DNA of 64,000 nucleotides, taken from positions 806,001-870,000 of the forward strand of contig NW_021825323.1 in assembly GCF_006345805.1 (NCBI RefSeq). The letters run 5' to 3'. The number at the start of each line of letters is the position of its first letter. The stretch's first letter is position 1. This DNA is from Octopus sinensis (lineage: Eukaryota). The notes beneath the pieces are model-generated. The model saw only the letters and a program-made list of their open reading frames with translations, did not search any database and was not told where the DNA came from. Shown piece after piece: positions 52,321-63,629 of this stretch. Both the position numbers and the translations under genes were made by a program.

Positions 52321-54528
52321 ATGTTAGATCAAAGTTGCGATTTAGCCGATCTCAAAAAACAGGCCCACGAAATAATAAAAAAAATTAATCAATCAAAATC
52401 CGAAAATGTTCCATTAAAGGTATCAAAATTAAATCGGATTTTATATAGGCTCTTCTCGATGAAAATCGTAAATTTATCATGGACGAAAGAAAAAAGTTAC
52501 AAATAAATCACACAAAGATCTATTCCCCCCAAAATCCCCACTTTAACTTCAAAACTCCAAAAAAAGTTTTTTTAAATCGAATTATTGACAAGTGCAAAGT
52601 AAAGACATCTTGGGGCGAAAAAATATCGATGCTTATCCGTGATATACCCTACATTGACTCAATTCCCCATACTTATTCTTGGGAGCCAATAAATAAGAAT
52701 ATTTTTGTAAAATATATTGGTTTTATTTTTGGTGGAAGACGAGTATATTTTGCAGAATATTCCTTATTTGGGGGAAGAAGAGGATCTTTTTACTAGCCAA
52801 TTGATAAACGTTTACTACAATGGAAAGGTTTAATAGAAAATATTTATATTTTTAGATTCATGATACATCTGAACTCGAAACATTAGACGAACGTGATTTT
52901 AAGCTGATCGTAAAAGAAATTGAAGAATATGCAACTAAAAGCAGTAAAAATTAAAAAAGAAATAATCAGATTTGTCCAAGAAAGCTTCCTACGAGGCATT
53001 ATGTTCTGTTTTTTCCCCAATCTTCTCTCCAGATGAGTTTAACCAGCGTTTTGAACGTATTTGCAATGATTCGTTGATCCCTGTAATATACCGATCTCAC
53101 ATGGAAAGGGTGTAATGACCGGAAACATAGACTGTGAGATGGAGAGTGAGCTGCCAAGTGACAAGGAAATGCATTCCTTTCACAGCCTTTTCTGCCGCCG
53201 TTGTTATAAATACGATTGTCCCTTTCACAGTTAGTACTAAATTAGAGTAGTCGCAATTAGCACATGAAAATCAGATTTTGGCCAATCGGACGACCCATGG
53301 AAGGGAAAAGGGTAATGCCAAGTGCAGTGGAGCCTGCAATGGTGCCTTGGTTTATCTAGCTTCTGATGATTTATACTCTTCTTCCTGGTCTCCGAGAGAA
53401 ATGACACTTGTTAACATTCTTTTTGATGTTTTTGGCAACAATCCTTGTGCCATAACTCATCTTATGGGGACTAAAAAGTGCTGTGATGTATTTGATCTAA
53501 GTATATATGTCAGGTGACTCAATATATGGCTCGTTTTGAAGGATCTGCGAGACCAGTGACAAAATATGTTCCAAAAGCAATGAAAATAAGGAAAAGGCTC
53601 AAGTTAATATATTTCCCTTCATTGAATTTATAGAATTAACAACGTTCGTTTTCACTCAGCAATGTGTAAGACTCTCGGGAAATTAAGACAGGAAGTTTCA
53701 AACCACGTGCCTTGTTCTCATCCTGGCAAACCATGTGATCCAATCTCTTGTTCTTGTGCCAGCAGTTCCAATTTTTGTGAAAAATTTTGTGGATGTCAGT
53801 CCGATTGTTTGGAATTTATATTTTATTATCTACAAGGCAGCTACCGTTTTGCTGGATGCAAGTGTAGAGGAAATTGTTCCACCAAGCTGTGTCCCTGTTT
53901 TATCGCTCTGCGAGAGTGTGACCCTGATCTGTGCTTGTCTTGTGGGGCATCCATTATAAGTAAATATGATTACTCTAACATGATAGAGAACAACGAAGGG
54001 TGTTGTCGTAATGTGAACATTCAGAGATGTCTTAAAAAAAGGATTTTTATTGGTCGATCGACAGTTGCAGGCTGGGGAGTATTTTTGGGTGAGAAAGTAG
54101 AGAAGGATGACTTTATTTCTGAATATTGTGGGGAGGTGATGTATAATAGATTATTAAAGCTTATCACCCAAGATGAGGCTGACCGTCGTGGCCCCTTATA
54201 TGATAAGTATAAGTCAAGTTTCCTCTTCAACCTCAATAAGGGTAAAATGGAAAATAATCAAGACTAGATTACGTGGTTGATGCTACAAGGAAAGGAAATA
54301 TAGTTCGTTTTGCAAATCACTCTTTTCGTCCTAATTGTTATGCTAAAATTCTATTTGTGAACGGGGATTATAGAATTGGAATTTTTGCCAAAGAGAGTAT
54401 ATCCGTAAGGGAGGAGATATTTTTTGATTATTGGTAGGAGTATAGTTTTGCTACCTTTTAGTTATAGTAACGGCGACCACTTCAATTACATTGGATTGGA
54501 GAGATCCACCAATAGATTTACTTGTTGA
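52321..54528 (+). CDS. EZH2: Enhancer of zeste (PRC2 H3K27 methyltransferase)
   Basis: [23 protein letters not shown] domain [39 protein letters not shown] domain [37 protein letters not shown]. Confidence 0.97.
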
Positions 54529-55161
54529 ATATTCAATAAATGTTATGTTTGTTTTTATTATTTGAGCTTCGTGTTTAAGCCTAGGGAAACTGAAGGATTA
54601 TAAATACATGTGAAAAAAATAGTGGAAACAATAAAAATTAGTTTTTAATAAAAAAATATAGATAAAAATTTTGACAAAATAATTGTAACATTATAAAAAA
54701 TAGTCTGAGGGAAATAAAAGTTACAAAATTAATAGCGTGTGCTCTTTCCTTTGTGTTATTAAACATTTTAAACTCAATTCTTTTATTTAAAATGATATTT
54801 TTGGATTTTGTTTTATTTTTAATGTAATTTTTATCTAAGAGTGGAAATAGTTTTCATGAGTTTATTTTCCACTTGTTTCGTTTTAGTCGAATGCGTAACC
54901 TAAGTTGTTGCTGATCACAGTATTATAGAGAAGAAAGTTAAATTGACGCAATTGAATTAATTGTGATGTGATATGGTCTATACTTACTTTATATCTATTT
55001 ATTAGATTTTTATAATAAATTTATATTTAAATGTAATAAATTTGTTTAAATTAAAATTTGAACGTGTGACGTTAGTGCTAACGACTAAAAGTGCGTTTGC
55101 TATTAATCAATCTACTTTTAATTCATAAAATTCTAAAACAAAATAACTGTATAGGTTATTT

Positions 55162-55819
55162 ATGGATTTTTTGGAAGTGAAGGAACGTAATTCTGGCGTA
55201 GTTTACTTATCGTCCATTCCCACAGGAATGCGTGTAACCGACCTCCGAGGTGTTTTAGGGGAATATGGAGAATTGGGACGAGTCTATCTTCATCCTAAAG
55301 GTACATTCTTATCAGAACACAACCAGGGAATAACCACAAGAAAAAACGAAGGGAATACGATGAAGGTTGGGTTGAATTTATGGATAAAACCGTCGCTAAA
55401 CAAGTTGTTAAAGAAATAAACAATACTCCAGTTCGTGCAAAGAAGAAATACAAATGGTAGATTGCTATTTCACTGAATTGAGCAGGAGTGGAGATTTGTG
55501 GGCCATGAGGTATCTTCCGAAGTTCAAATGGACTTATTTGACTGAGCAAATGGCCCATCAGAGTGCAAAGAGAGAAGATATAATGAGAATGGATATTTCC
55601 AAAGTAAAGCGTGAAGCTTCTGATTTTTTTGACAACGTTGGAATGAGCAAAATTTTACGAAATCTTCAAAAATCTGATTCACTGCGTTTTCCTCCTATCA
55701 AAAGAGATTTTCCGCAACGAAAGACTGAGGATGAAATTATCAGCGTTAAGGGGAATAAACCTAAGCTTCCAGTTTCAATGTTACTTTTTACTGGTGGTTG
55801 TTGTACCGATAAATCATAA
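55162..55819 (+). CDS. ABT1: ABT1/Esf2 pre-rRNA processing factor
   Basis: SGVVYLSSIPTGM..GELGRVYL, YDEGWVEF, DLWAMRYLPKFKWTYLTEQMA. Confidence 0.92.
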
Positions 55820-56179
55820 TGTTAAACATTTTTAATTTTTTGATACCTCTGTGACAAGTTTATGAAAAATAATTTTTCTTTGTTTCAGACATATTTAGAA
55901 TAACTTATTTTAGATTTAGTAATATTGTGCATTAGTAAGAAAAGGCCAAGTTCGTCACAGAGCTCTGGAATAAACTTATTAGGTTTTTTACTGTTTCAAC
56001 AAGTTTTTCGATAAAATTGAAATAATGACCGTTCCTGTTTCGGACGGCATTTTTACTGTTTTAATGATGTAAAAATTAATGCGTGGTATTTTTAATAACA
56101 AGTCTAATTGTGATAACAAAAATAAATAGTTAGTTTTAGCGCTCTTTTGCGTAGCCCACAAGGGTTTCGCTTGAGCCAT

Positions 56180-57520
56180 GCACTTTAGCCATTTTCGCTC
56201 AGTGAATGAGGTTCTTGGTCTTCCTCGGAATCTATTATTTCCAATGCAAAAACAAGTCTAAGAATGTCCAAATAGTCTCCATCTCGGTAAATCACTTCCA
56301 TGCTGATTGGTCTAGATTACATAGAATATATAGTTTTTTGTTTGAAATTTGTCTTGGTCAGAAGATTCTTTAGTATTTTTGACATATTGAAGTAAGCCAT
56401 CTGTGACTCCATACGACATCTGAGGTAGACCTTTTACTTCTGAACCCACATTGACTTTGGGAAAGGTGTTTTTCCTCGAGCTCTCGTATATAGTTGAGCA
56501 CTATGATCGATAAAATTTTTTTTCTGATAGTTGACAGTAAGATATTCGGTCTTAATCCATCCAGTGACTCTTCTTTCTTCCTGGTTTGTGTATTGTGATC
56601 AAGATTCCATGTCCCAACTGAAGGGAACAGTAAAGTTCTAATGACTTGTTCAATCTATTTCCAACAATAACCGGGGTATGTTTTACCAACTCGCCCGGTA
56701 TATCATTAAGGCCAGCTGATCAATTGCTTTTAAGATGTATGAATGAGTTTGTATTTTTTATTACTGTAAATTTGTTTATAAGATGCATTGGATTTTCAAT
56801 AAATTTGGGTATATTTATCCCAGCTGATTTAAACTGGGTCTCAAAGTGTTTGACAATATAGCTTTCTTTATTCTTTGGGGTTTGTAGCTAATGCCCTATG
56901 TTGTCGCATATTTTTAATGGCTTTTTCGCAGTGTCACGTTTAAGTAATTTGACAGCAGCAAAAATTTTTTTCCATATTGACTGTTTTCAACTTTAGGCGC
57001 TTTATCATATAGGTATTTGTGCCAGAGGTCGTTTGACCTTTTTCTTATTAAATTTGATAATTAACACTTTGTTTTGAATATACTTCTATTCAAATTCTAA
57101 ATTCCGAGTTTCAAGCGTATTTCCTTTTGTTGCTCAGACAGTTTTCTGATTACGGGGTCATAAATAATACTTATATTTTGTGGAATTCTTTTGTATCCAA
57201 CAATCATCATAGCCGACTGTTTTAATGTATTTAGAACCTCTACAAGATCAATGGAAAGGACCTTTCCAAGATAAGTTTCAAAAACACATAGACATTTAGA
57301 GACATTTGCTGCTATCTCTTTTGCCAAATTTCAAAAGTTGACATTTCCACCGCCAAACGTCTATTTAGAGACGTACTTTTTCTCTTCACAACCCACATCT
57401 CAGAATATCGTTTAGGATTCAATCTGGAGACTGTTGATTTGTGGTTACTGTCAGTTATAGTTCCTCCATAGCTCCTAGATTGCATCACAGCAACACGGTC
57501 ATAAACTGTCCAAATTTCAT
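56180..57520 (-). mobile_element. Degenerate LINE (RTE-like) reverse transcriptase remnant
   Basis: LKSN*SAGLNDIPGELVK, LITIHKPG, LRPNILLSTIRK, SQSQCGFRSKRSTSDVVWSHRWL (RT domains 0-2); many stops. Confidence 0.8.
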
Positions 57521-57799
57521 ACACACTTTTTTTAATCTGACACGTTTTATAATGATTACTATTTTTGACAGCTTTTACAACTTTTACAATGAAATCGTGT
57601 ATTTTTTTAACCTATTTTATATTAATTATTTTCATGAATTTCAAATAAATATCATTGAAACTGCACTTTCATTGAAAAATGTCAAATTTTATGTGGAAAA
57701 AACTGATGGGACTATTAAATAGTGGATTTTTTATGCAATAAGATATAGACCGTAATTTCAATAAAATTTATTAATAGATTCTTATTATTTCATTTTTGC

Positions 57800-58385
57800 T
57801 CGTTATTAAAATTATTATGACGATGAGAAAAGAGCATTCTTTAGACCTAAAACAACGAGTTTTAACGGCCTACCAAGGAGATAAAAGTTATGCAGAGATT
57901 TCCAAATTGCTGATATTACCAAAAAGTACTGTTTTGGAATATTATTACTCATTGAAACAAGACGGAACTGTCATTAATCGACCAAAGAAAATAATTCAAC
58001 ATTTTTGCTCATTAATAAAGAGAATAGTCCGTAAAAAATAAAAATTACTCGAAAAAAATTGGCTGATGATTTGAAGAATACAGGATCATTAGTATCCTTC
58101 TACAATTACTTCTACACTACGCACTGAAGACATCAATAAACGAAGGTCCCGTCGTGTTCCGTTATTAAAGAAAATACACATTTCTGCACGAATTAAATAT
58201 GCTAAATATTTTTTAAAATAAAGAAAATGAATTCATAAACAATATTTTATGATAAGATGAATCAAAAATACAACTTTTCGGATTTTTTTGAACAATTAAT
58301 CTAAAATGTCATATTATTTTCAAAGAGAATTATTAAATTTAGTCAAAATATGGAAGCAGTCCATTACTTTTTTTGCCCCACTGTA
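57800..58385 (+). mobile_element. Tc1/mariner element, internally deleted, with right TIR
   Basis: MRKEHSLDLKQRVLTAY..SYAEISKLLILPKSTV helix-turn-helix; ends ...TTTTTTGCCCCACTG-TA. Confidence 0.85.
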
Positions 58386-59969
58386 CTAAATAAAATAAAT
58401 GTGTCTAAATATAATAGATTTTGTCGGATGAGTTTTTTAATATCGTTTCTAATCAACTATTCACGTTATTCCGATAAAAAACTAGAAATGGAACCGTAAA
58501 ATATAAAAATTTATTTTCTTATAATCGTGAAATTTTGCGAACAACATTCTGGTGACTGACTGAATGCTTTGCCACTGTAACGTATTTCTGCTGGATAATG
58601 AATCCTCGAGGATTTGAGTATGTCTGGGATTAAAAATTGTAAAGACAGTTATGTGTCAGGGGCTTCACAAAATTGTAGGAGATTTGTTTGTCAAATAACT
58701 GTCCTCTTAACCCTGAAAACGATCTTAGAATTGCACTAGGAAAATAGAAATTGCATTTTGAAGAATTAATTAAAACTAAAAAACATGAAAGATCTCAAAT
58801 AACCTAATTAATTTTTGCATAAAATTTTGAATTTTGTAGATTTAAAATGTTTGTGGTTGCGATCTGAAAGTGCTCCTGTAGAGGTTATATGATTGAGTAG
58901 TTGTCTGCTAATATAGATTTTTTACTTGATAAGTGCAATCAAATTTATCATTTTTATATAAAGAATGTTAGAGATTTTTAGAATTTTCGCTTGTTTGATA
59001 CTAATAATATTTAGTAAAACTAAAGTGACTTGAAAATGTTCGTTTTTATTGTAAATGTTTAAAGTTGTAGCGACAATAAATATTTATTCATCGCATGAAA
59101 TAAATTTTCAGAGTTTAATTTTTTTGTTTTTCGTTGCATTCTTTCTATCAAAAGACTGGAAAATCGAAAATTTTTGGAAATATGGAAATAAGGCATTCAA
59201 ATAAATTATTGAAAGAATTTTGTGGGAGTGAATGAAATTATTTTGTAGAAAGATTAGATCAAGCTTGGTTACATTTTTAAAATACATTTTAATTTTTCTG
59301 TAAGACTCTTTTAGTAGTCAGAAGAAACTGTATGCTGACGTCGTATTGTCATCAATGGAAATAAAATTTTGAGACAACTCATCCCGATCAAAAATGTAAT
59401 TTCATATCTGCACGACGTTTTCAAAAAAACAATGTATTTATTGCAAAAAATAAGCTTATGGCTGCTCATGATTTTTCCACGAAATGCGTCAGAATTTCGT
59501 TATGGTTGAAAATGGAACTATAACGAAATAAACTTGATATTTTGCTTTGCAATAAGTACAGGCTGATGCGATTTTTTTAAATTTTGAGCTCATCGGTTTC
59601 GGTCATTGTTCTAGAATTCGGAGGTATCCACTGAGATGCATACTCCAGTTGTTATTCAGGAAAAAAACCTGATCATTTTTTGATTTAATTGGCATGATAT
59701 ATGCTCTAAATAAAATATCTATTTTTAATCTTTCCATGTAAGATTCTCCATCCACTTCCAACTAATGCCAACATAATACTTTTGCATTGATAATAATATG
59801 GGGAGGTCTTCCCCAAGTGGAGGTTGCACTGTATAAGCAAATTCTCCAGTAAGTACTTGTGGAGTTTCATTATTTTTATTTTCTTTAAAAGTTGCTTTCT
59901 TTCATAAAATGTTTAGTTTATGTTATTAATTATTTTTAATATTATTGCTGTTACTAACAACAACCGTTG

Positions 59970-61180
59970 ATGACCGAGTATATTGAACCTTTGCATAATA
60001 AACTCCACAAAGGTTTGACATTATAAGTCAGAATTAGGTTTTAAAATTGTCGAGGTTCGATCCACAATACCAACAAAATATCAAACATACACAATTGACA
60101 ATTCTGAGAGTAAAGGATTTGGATCCACTGCTCGACGATTTAATCAAGAGTTTTATTTGGTTTTTAAAAAATAAAAATTCTAAGAATCAAAGTCCAGGGC
60201 CAGGTGCATATCAAATTAGAAAACGATTTAATAAAAATAATAACGTGTCACAATATGGAAGCAGTAGCTTCATGAGTAAAGTATAAAATGTTGATATTCT
60301 ATAATTGTTAGCGATTTGACCGTCGTGGTAATATGAATACTAACATTGAAATTGCAAGTCCAGGACCAGCAAGTGTATTATTAGAACGATCCTTGATCAA
60401 TCGAAAAGATTTTAGCAAGTCTAAAGCCTCATCTGGATTTAGTTTACCTTTAATTCAGAATCGGAATAAAAAAGGATCTGATGTTTGTCCAAATACTTAT
60501 AATGTATATATATTTTTCAACTTTAGATTACAAAATCTATAGGAAAAACTGTAAATAAGTATTCAAACAACTCTGCATTCATATCAAGTAGCAGCAGAGA
60601 AAATAAATTTAGTTCCGATGCTCCACCTCCCAGTTTCCAATTTCTCAATCATAAAATATCCAAGATTTATATGATACACGAAATAACCTACTTACCCATA
60701 AAAATCCAGTCGCTTCATGTTTTTTATCAAAATCAATTCGTTCAAGTTCAGGAGTACGTAAAGATAATGTTACTTTTCAAAATAAATTTTTTAGTTTCCT
60801 GGACCATGTGAATATTATTTAAAAAATGAAATTTGTAAAAAGCCAAAAGTTAATTCCCGGTTTATATTTTATATTTGTATAAGAAAAATAGCCAAGTAGA
60901 ACATTTGTCAATAGCTCTCCCAGCTGCCAAACTTCCCCCCGAACCTCATTTTCCAGGTCCGTTCGAATATCAAAAGACATTATCAATCGAAGAGTCAGAA
61001 AAAATCTCTAATGCCGTATTCAAATCCAATACGTCAAGGATTATGAATTTGAGCTATCAAAACAAAGATATGCCAGCACCAAGTTTTTTCAACTATAATT
61101 TAAGCGTTTAAGATAAATACAATCCACAAAAGGCAACTAAAAAATCATTCTTTTTTAATATTGATAACATTTGGATTTAA
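59970..61180 (+). CDS. STPG1: STPG1/MAPO2-like sperm-tail PG-rich repeat protein
   Basis: STIPTKYQT..DNSESKGFGSTARRF, several PGPGxY-type repeats (SPGPGAYQ, FPGPCEY, FPGPFEYQ), C-terminal KSFFFNIDNIWI*. Confidence 0.8.
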
Positions 61181-61613
61181 AAACAATTAATAACATTTAT
61201 ATTGGCTTATATGTTTGAATTAATAATATAAAAATCATAGTTATTAATCGTTACCAGCATTTAGCCGCTTAAATTTTTTTGGGTGCTAATTGATCATTTG
61301 TTGTTTTTTGGTCTTATTGACGATTCTGTAAATGTTTCTAAGCTAATATAATTAAATCGTACAAATAGATATATTAGTTGTTTAGCAGTCGTCGGAGATA
61401 ATCGTTTCATACCTAAACTACTTGGCAAAGATTGCTTCAATAACTCTTAGTATATCTCCGAATAAAAGCATCAATTTTAAGCATAGTTTGACGATGCTTG
61501 GTTAGTACCAACGGAATATGTAGTGAATCAATAATTTATGTATGATTCAATTTATGTAATTTCTACAATTCTGTTTGAGTGATTCTTGCATGTAATTCTA
61601 ATTTTTTCATTTA

Positions 61614-62665
61614 ATGTGGCGAGCCATCCGCGTTGCATTCAATCGTGTTACACACGTGACCGTTTTTTTTTTATTAAAATATTTTAATTGTGAAATGTAA
61701 AAAGATAGCTAAGCTAATTAAAGGCCTCACGAGACACCCGGCCAGCCTCGCGAATGGCGAAGCCGTTCCCTCGGATCACAGCAATCGACAGACGTTCCAG
61801 GAGCCAAGAATACTCTCTTGGATCGTGGCTAGTCCTTGAAATCCGTCGACCGAGCGAGCGAAGGAAGCGGAGTGTCTTGGGGCCGAAGATCCCGGAGGAC
61901 TCCACGGCAATTGGGGTAAAGAACAGCGAGTTGGAGAGGTGGCCGTACTTGAGAATCTTTCGCTCCTCGGCCTGCCTCGAAGCGTGCCGAGGATTGGCGG
62001 CGGACAGAGCGAGATTTTCCAGCGAGAACGTGTCCGAAGAGGTAGAATCCCAACATTTGTGCGTCTGGCAGATTTTCAGCCAACACGGAGAGAGATTGCA
62101 ATTCTTAGGCATTCCTTGTCAAACAGGTTCCCGATGGAAGGGAGAGGGAGAGTCTTTAACCAGACACCGCTGCCTTCGCAGCGACCTGCACGGAGGCAAG
62201 CGACACGGTGTTGATTGGAGACAGGAAGGAGGCCTTCGAAAATTGCCTGACAAGAGATTTCGTCCCATTGACGCTGTACAGATTGAGAAATGGGCAGCTT
62301 CGAACCAAACCGAGCCTCCCACCGACCACGGGCACGTGACCTATATTGTGACCTAGATTTTGTCATATTTGACCTAGATTTTGACACGGATGATTATTGA
62401 TCCTGTAAAATTAAATAATATTTTTTATAAACATTTTATATATACCTTCATTTGATTTAATGTCACAGTCATCTTCTCAATTCAAGTCCGATGTTTCTTC
62501 TTCCTTATCTTCATCAATATTTAAACATTATAAAATTTAAAGTCACTTTCATTCCGCATAAATTTATTATACCTTTTAGTACGAAAATATTAAATACAAT
62601 TAAGAAATATTTATTAATATTATCAGTAAATTTTTAGAATGTGTAACGCGGATGGCGCGCGACAT
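61614..62665. mobile_element. MITE-like element (about 380 bp of its own sequence) with about 30-bp TIRs and TTA flanks, interrupted by a CRE copy
   Basis: Left end tta-ATGTGGCGAGCCATCCGCGTTGCATTC; right end GAATGTGTAACGCGGATGGCGCGCGACAT-tta; homologous end at 6393-6449. Confidence 0.65.
61662..62332 (-). mobile_element. Short CRE copy, 5'-truncated and internally deleted, with poly(A) and 9-bp TSD
   Basis: GRWEARFG..QRQWDEIS..KICQTHKC joined directly to WDSTSSDTFS..RKILKY..LERLSIAVIRGN. Poly(A) at 61663-61672 on the minus strand. CACGTGACC at 61653-61661 and 62333-62341. Confidence 0.92.
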
Positions 62666-62948
62666 TTAATATCCGACATAGTGAAATCTGTCAATTTGTT
62701 TTCATTCTTCTGGTTAATTCACAGATTATTTATGTCATTTATTTTTTAACATCTTTTGAGTTTCCAATTCACTTTCGCTGGTTAGTTGATATGAGATATT
62801 TGGAGTGCCGAACTTTAATCACTCATAGAATTGTTGATTAATTAATATACTTATTTAAATAATAAATATTATAATATTTATTAAATTATGAAATTTGTCT
62901 ATATCCTTTGTTATTGTTGTTTTTTGTTTTTACCGTTTTCTTAGAAAG

Positions 62949-63237
62949 ATGAGCGAAGAATTCAACTATTCAGACAAGTATTTCGATAATATATATGAAT
63001 ATAGGTATTTTTAATCTATTTTAACTTATGATAGACATGTCATACTACCACACTCGTTATCTCCGAAAATTCCTCACACGAGACTACTTACAGAATCAGA
63101 ATGGAGATCATTGGGAGTAAAACAGAGCTACGGATGGGAACATTACATGATATATAAGCCAGGTGTTATTTATGCTTTGTTTAGTTTTAGAACCCCACAT
63201 TCTTCTCTTTCGACGTAAACTCAATAAAAATACTTGA
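62949..63237 (+). CDS. CKS1: Cyclin-dependent kinase regulatory subunit CKS1 (76 aa)
   Basis: [59 protein letters not shown]; introns 63005-63034 and 63163-63190. Confidence 0.97.
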
Positions 63238-63629
63238 TTCATTTCTTTTTTAATCTTTGTTTGTTTCAATTTTTTGATAATTAGAACTTAAAAGCACTTT
63301 TTTAAAATAATACAATTGATAACACCCATTTTTACGAAAGAAGGCATTTTGCCGACGTTGATTTACATAATTAATGGAAGCGACTAGTTTCTAATTTTAT
63401 TCAAATTTTAAAATTGACAAAAAAAACGCTTTTTCGGTTTAATAGTGTTTGCGTAAGAACAGTGGACTGAATATAGTCCTGAGTAGATTTTTCAATACTT
63501 AATTTTATTTTACAATTTTAACATATTTTGTGACATCGGCTGCGCGATACCTGACGTGACCTTGAAATATGCAATTATGACATTGATGGGATTAAATTAT
63601 AAATCATTTGCTATTTGTTATTCAATTCA

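Noticed and set aside
52321-54528. Functional link between E(z) and the PHD-bearing retrotransposons
   Set aside because: Proximity only; the neighbouring genes are unrelated housekeeping genes and the SET catalytic tyrosines look ordinary.
58500-59910. Possible minus-strand gene head-to-head with STPG1
   Set aside because: Open stretches exist (e.g. NETPQVLTGEFAYTVQPPLGEDLPILL) but I could not build a start or a consistent spliced frame.
6624-62341. CACGTG E-box as a promoter motif or CRE target
   Set aside because: About a dozen occurrences, but several are inside coding sequence or TEs, and only one CRE copy is inserted at one.
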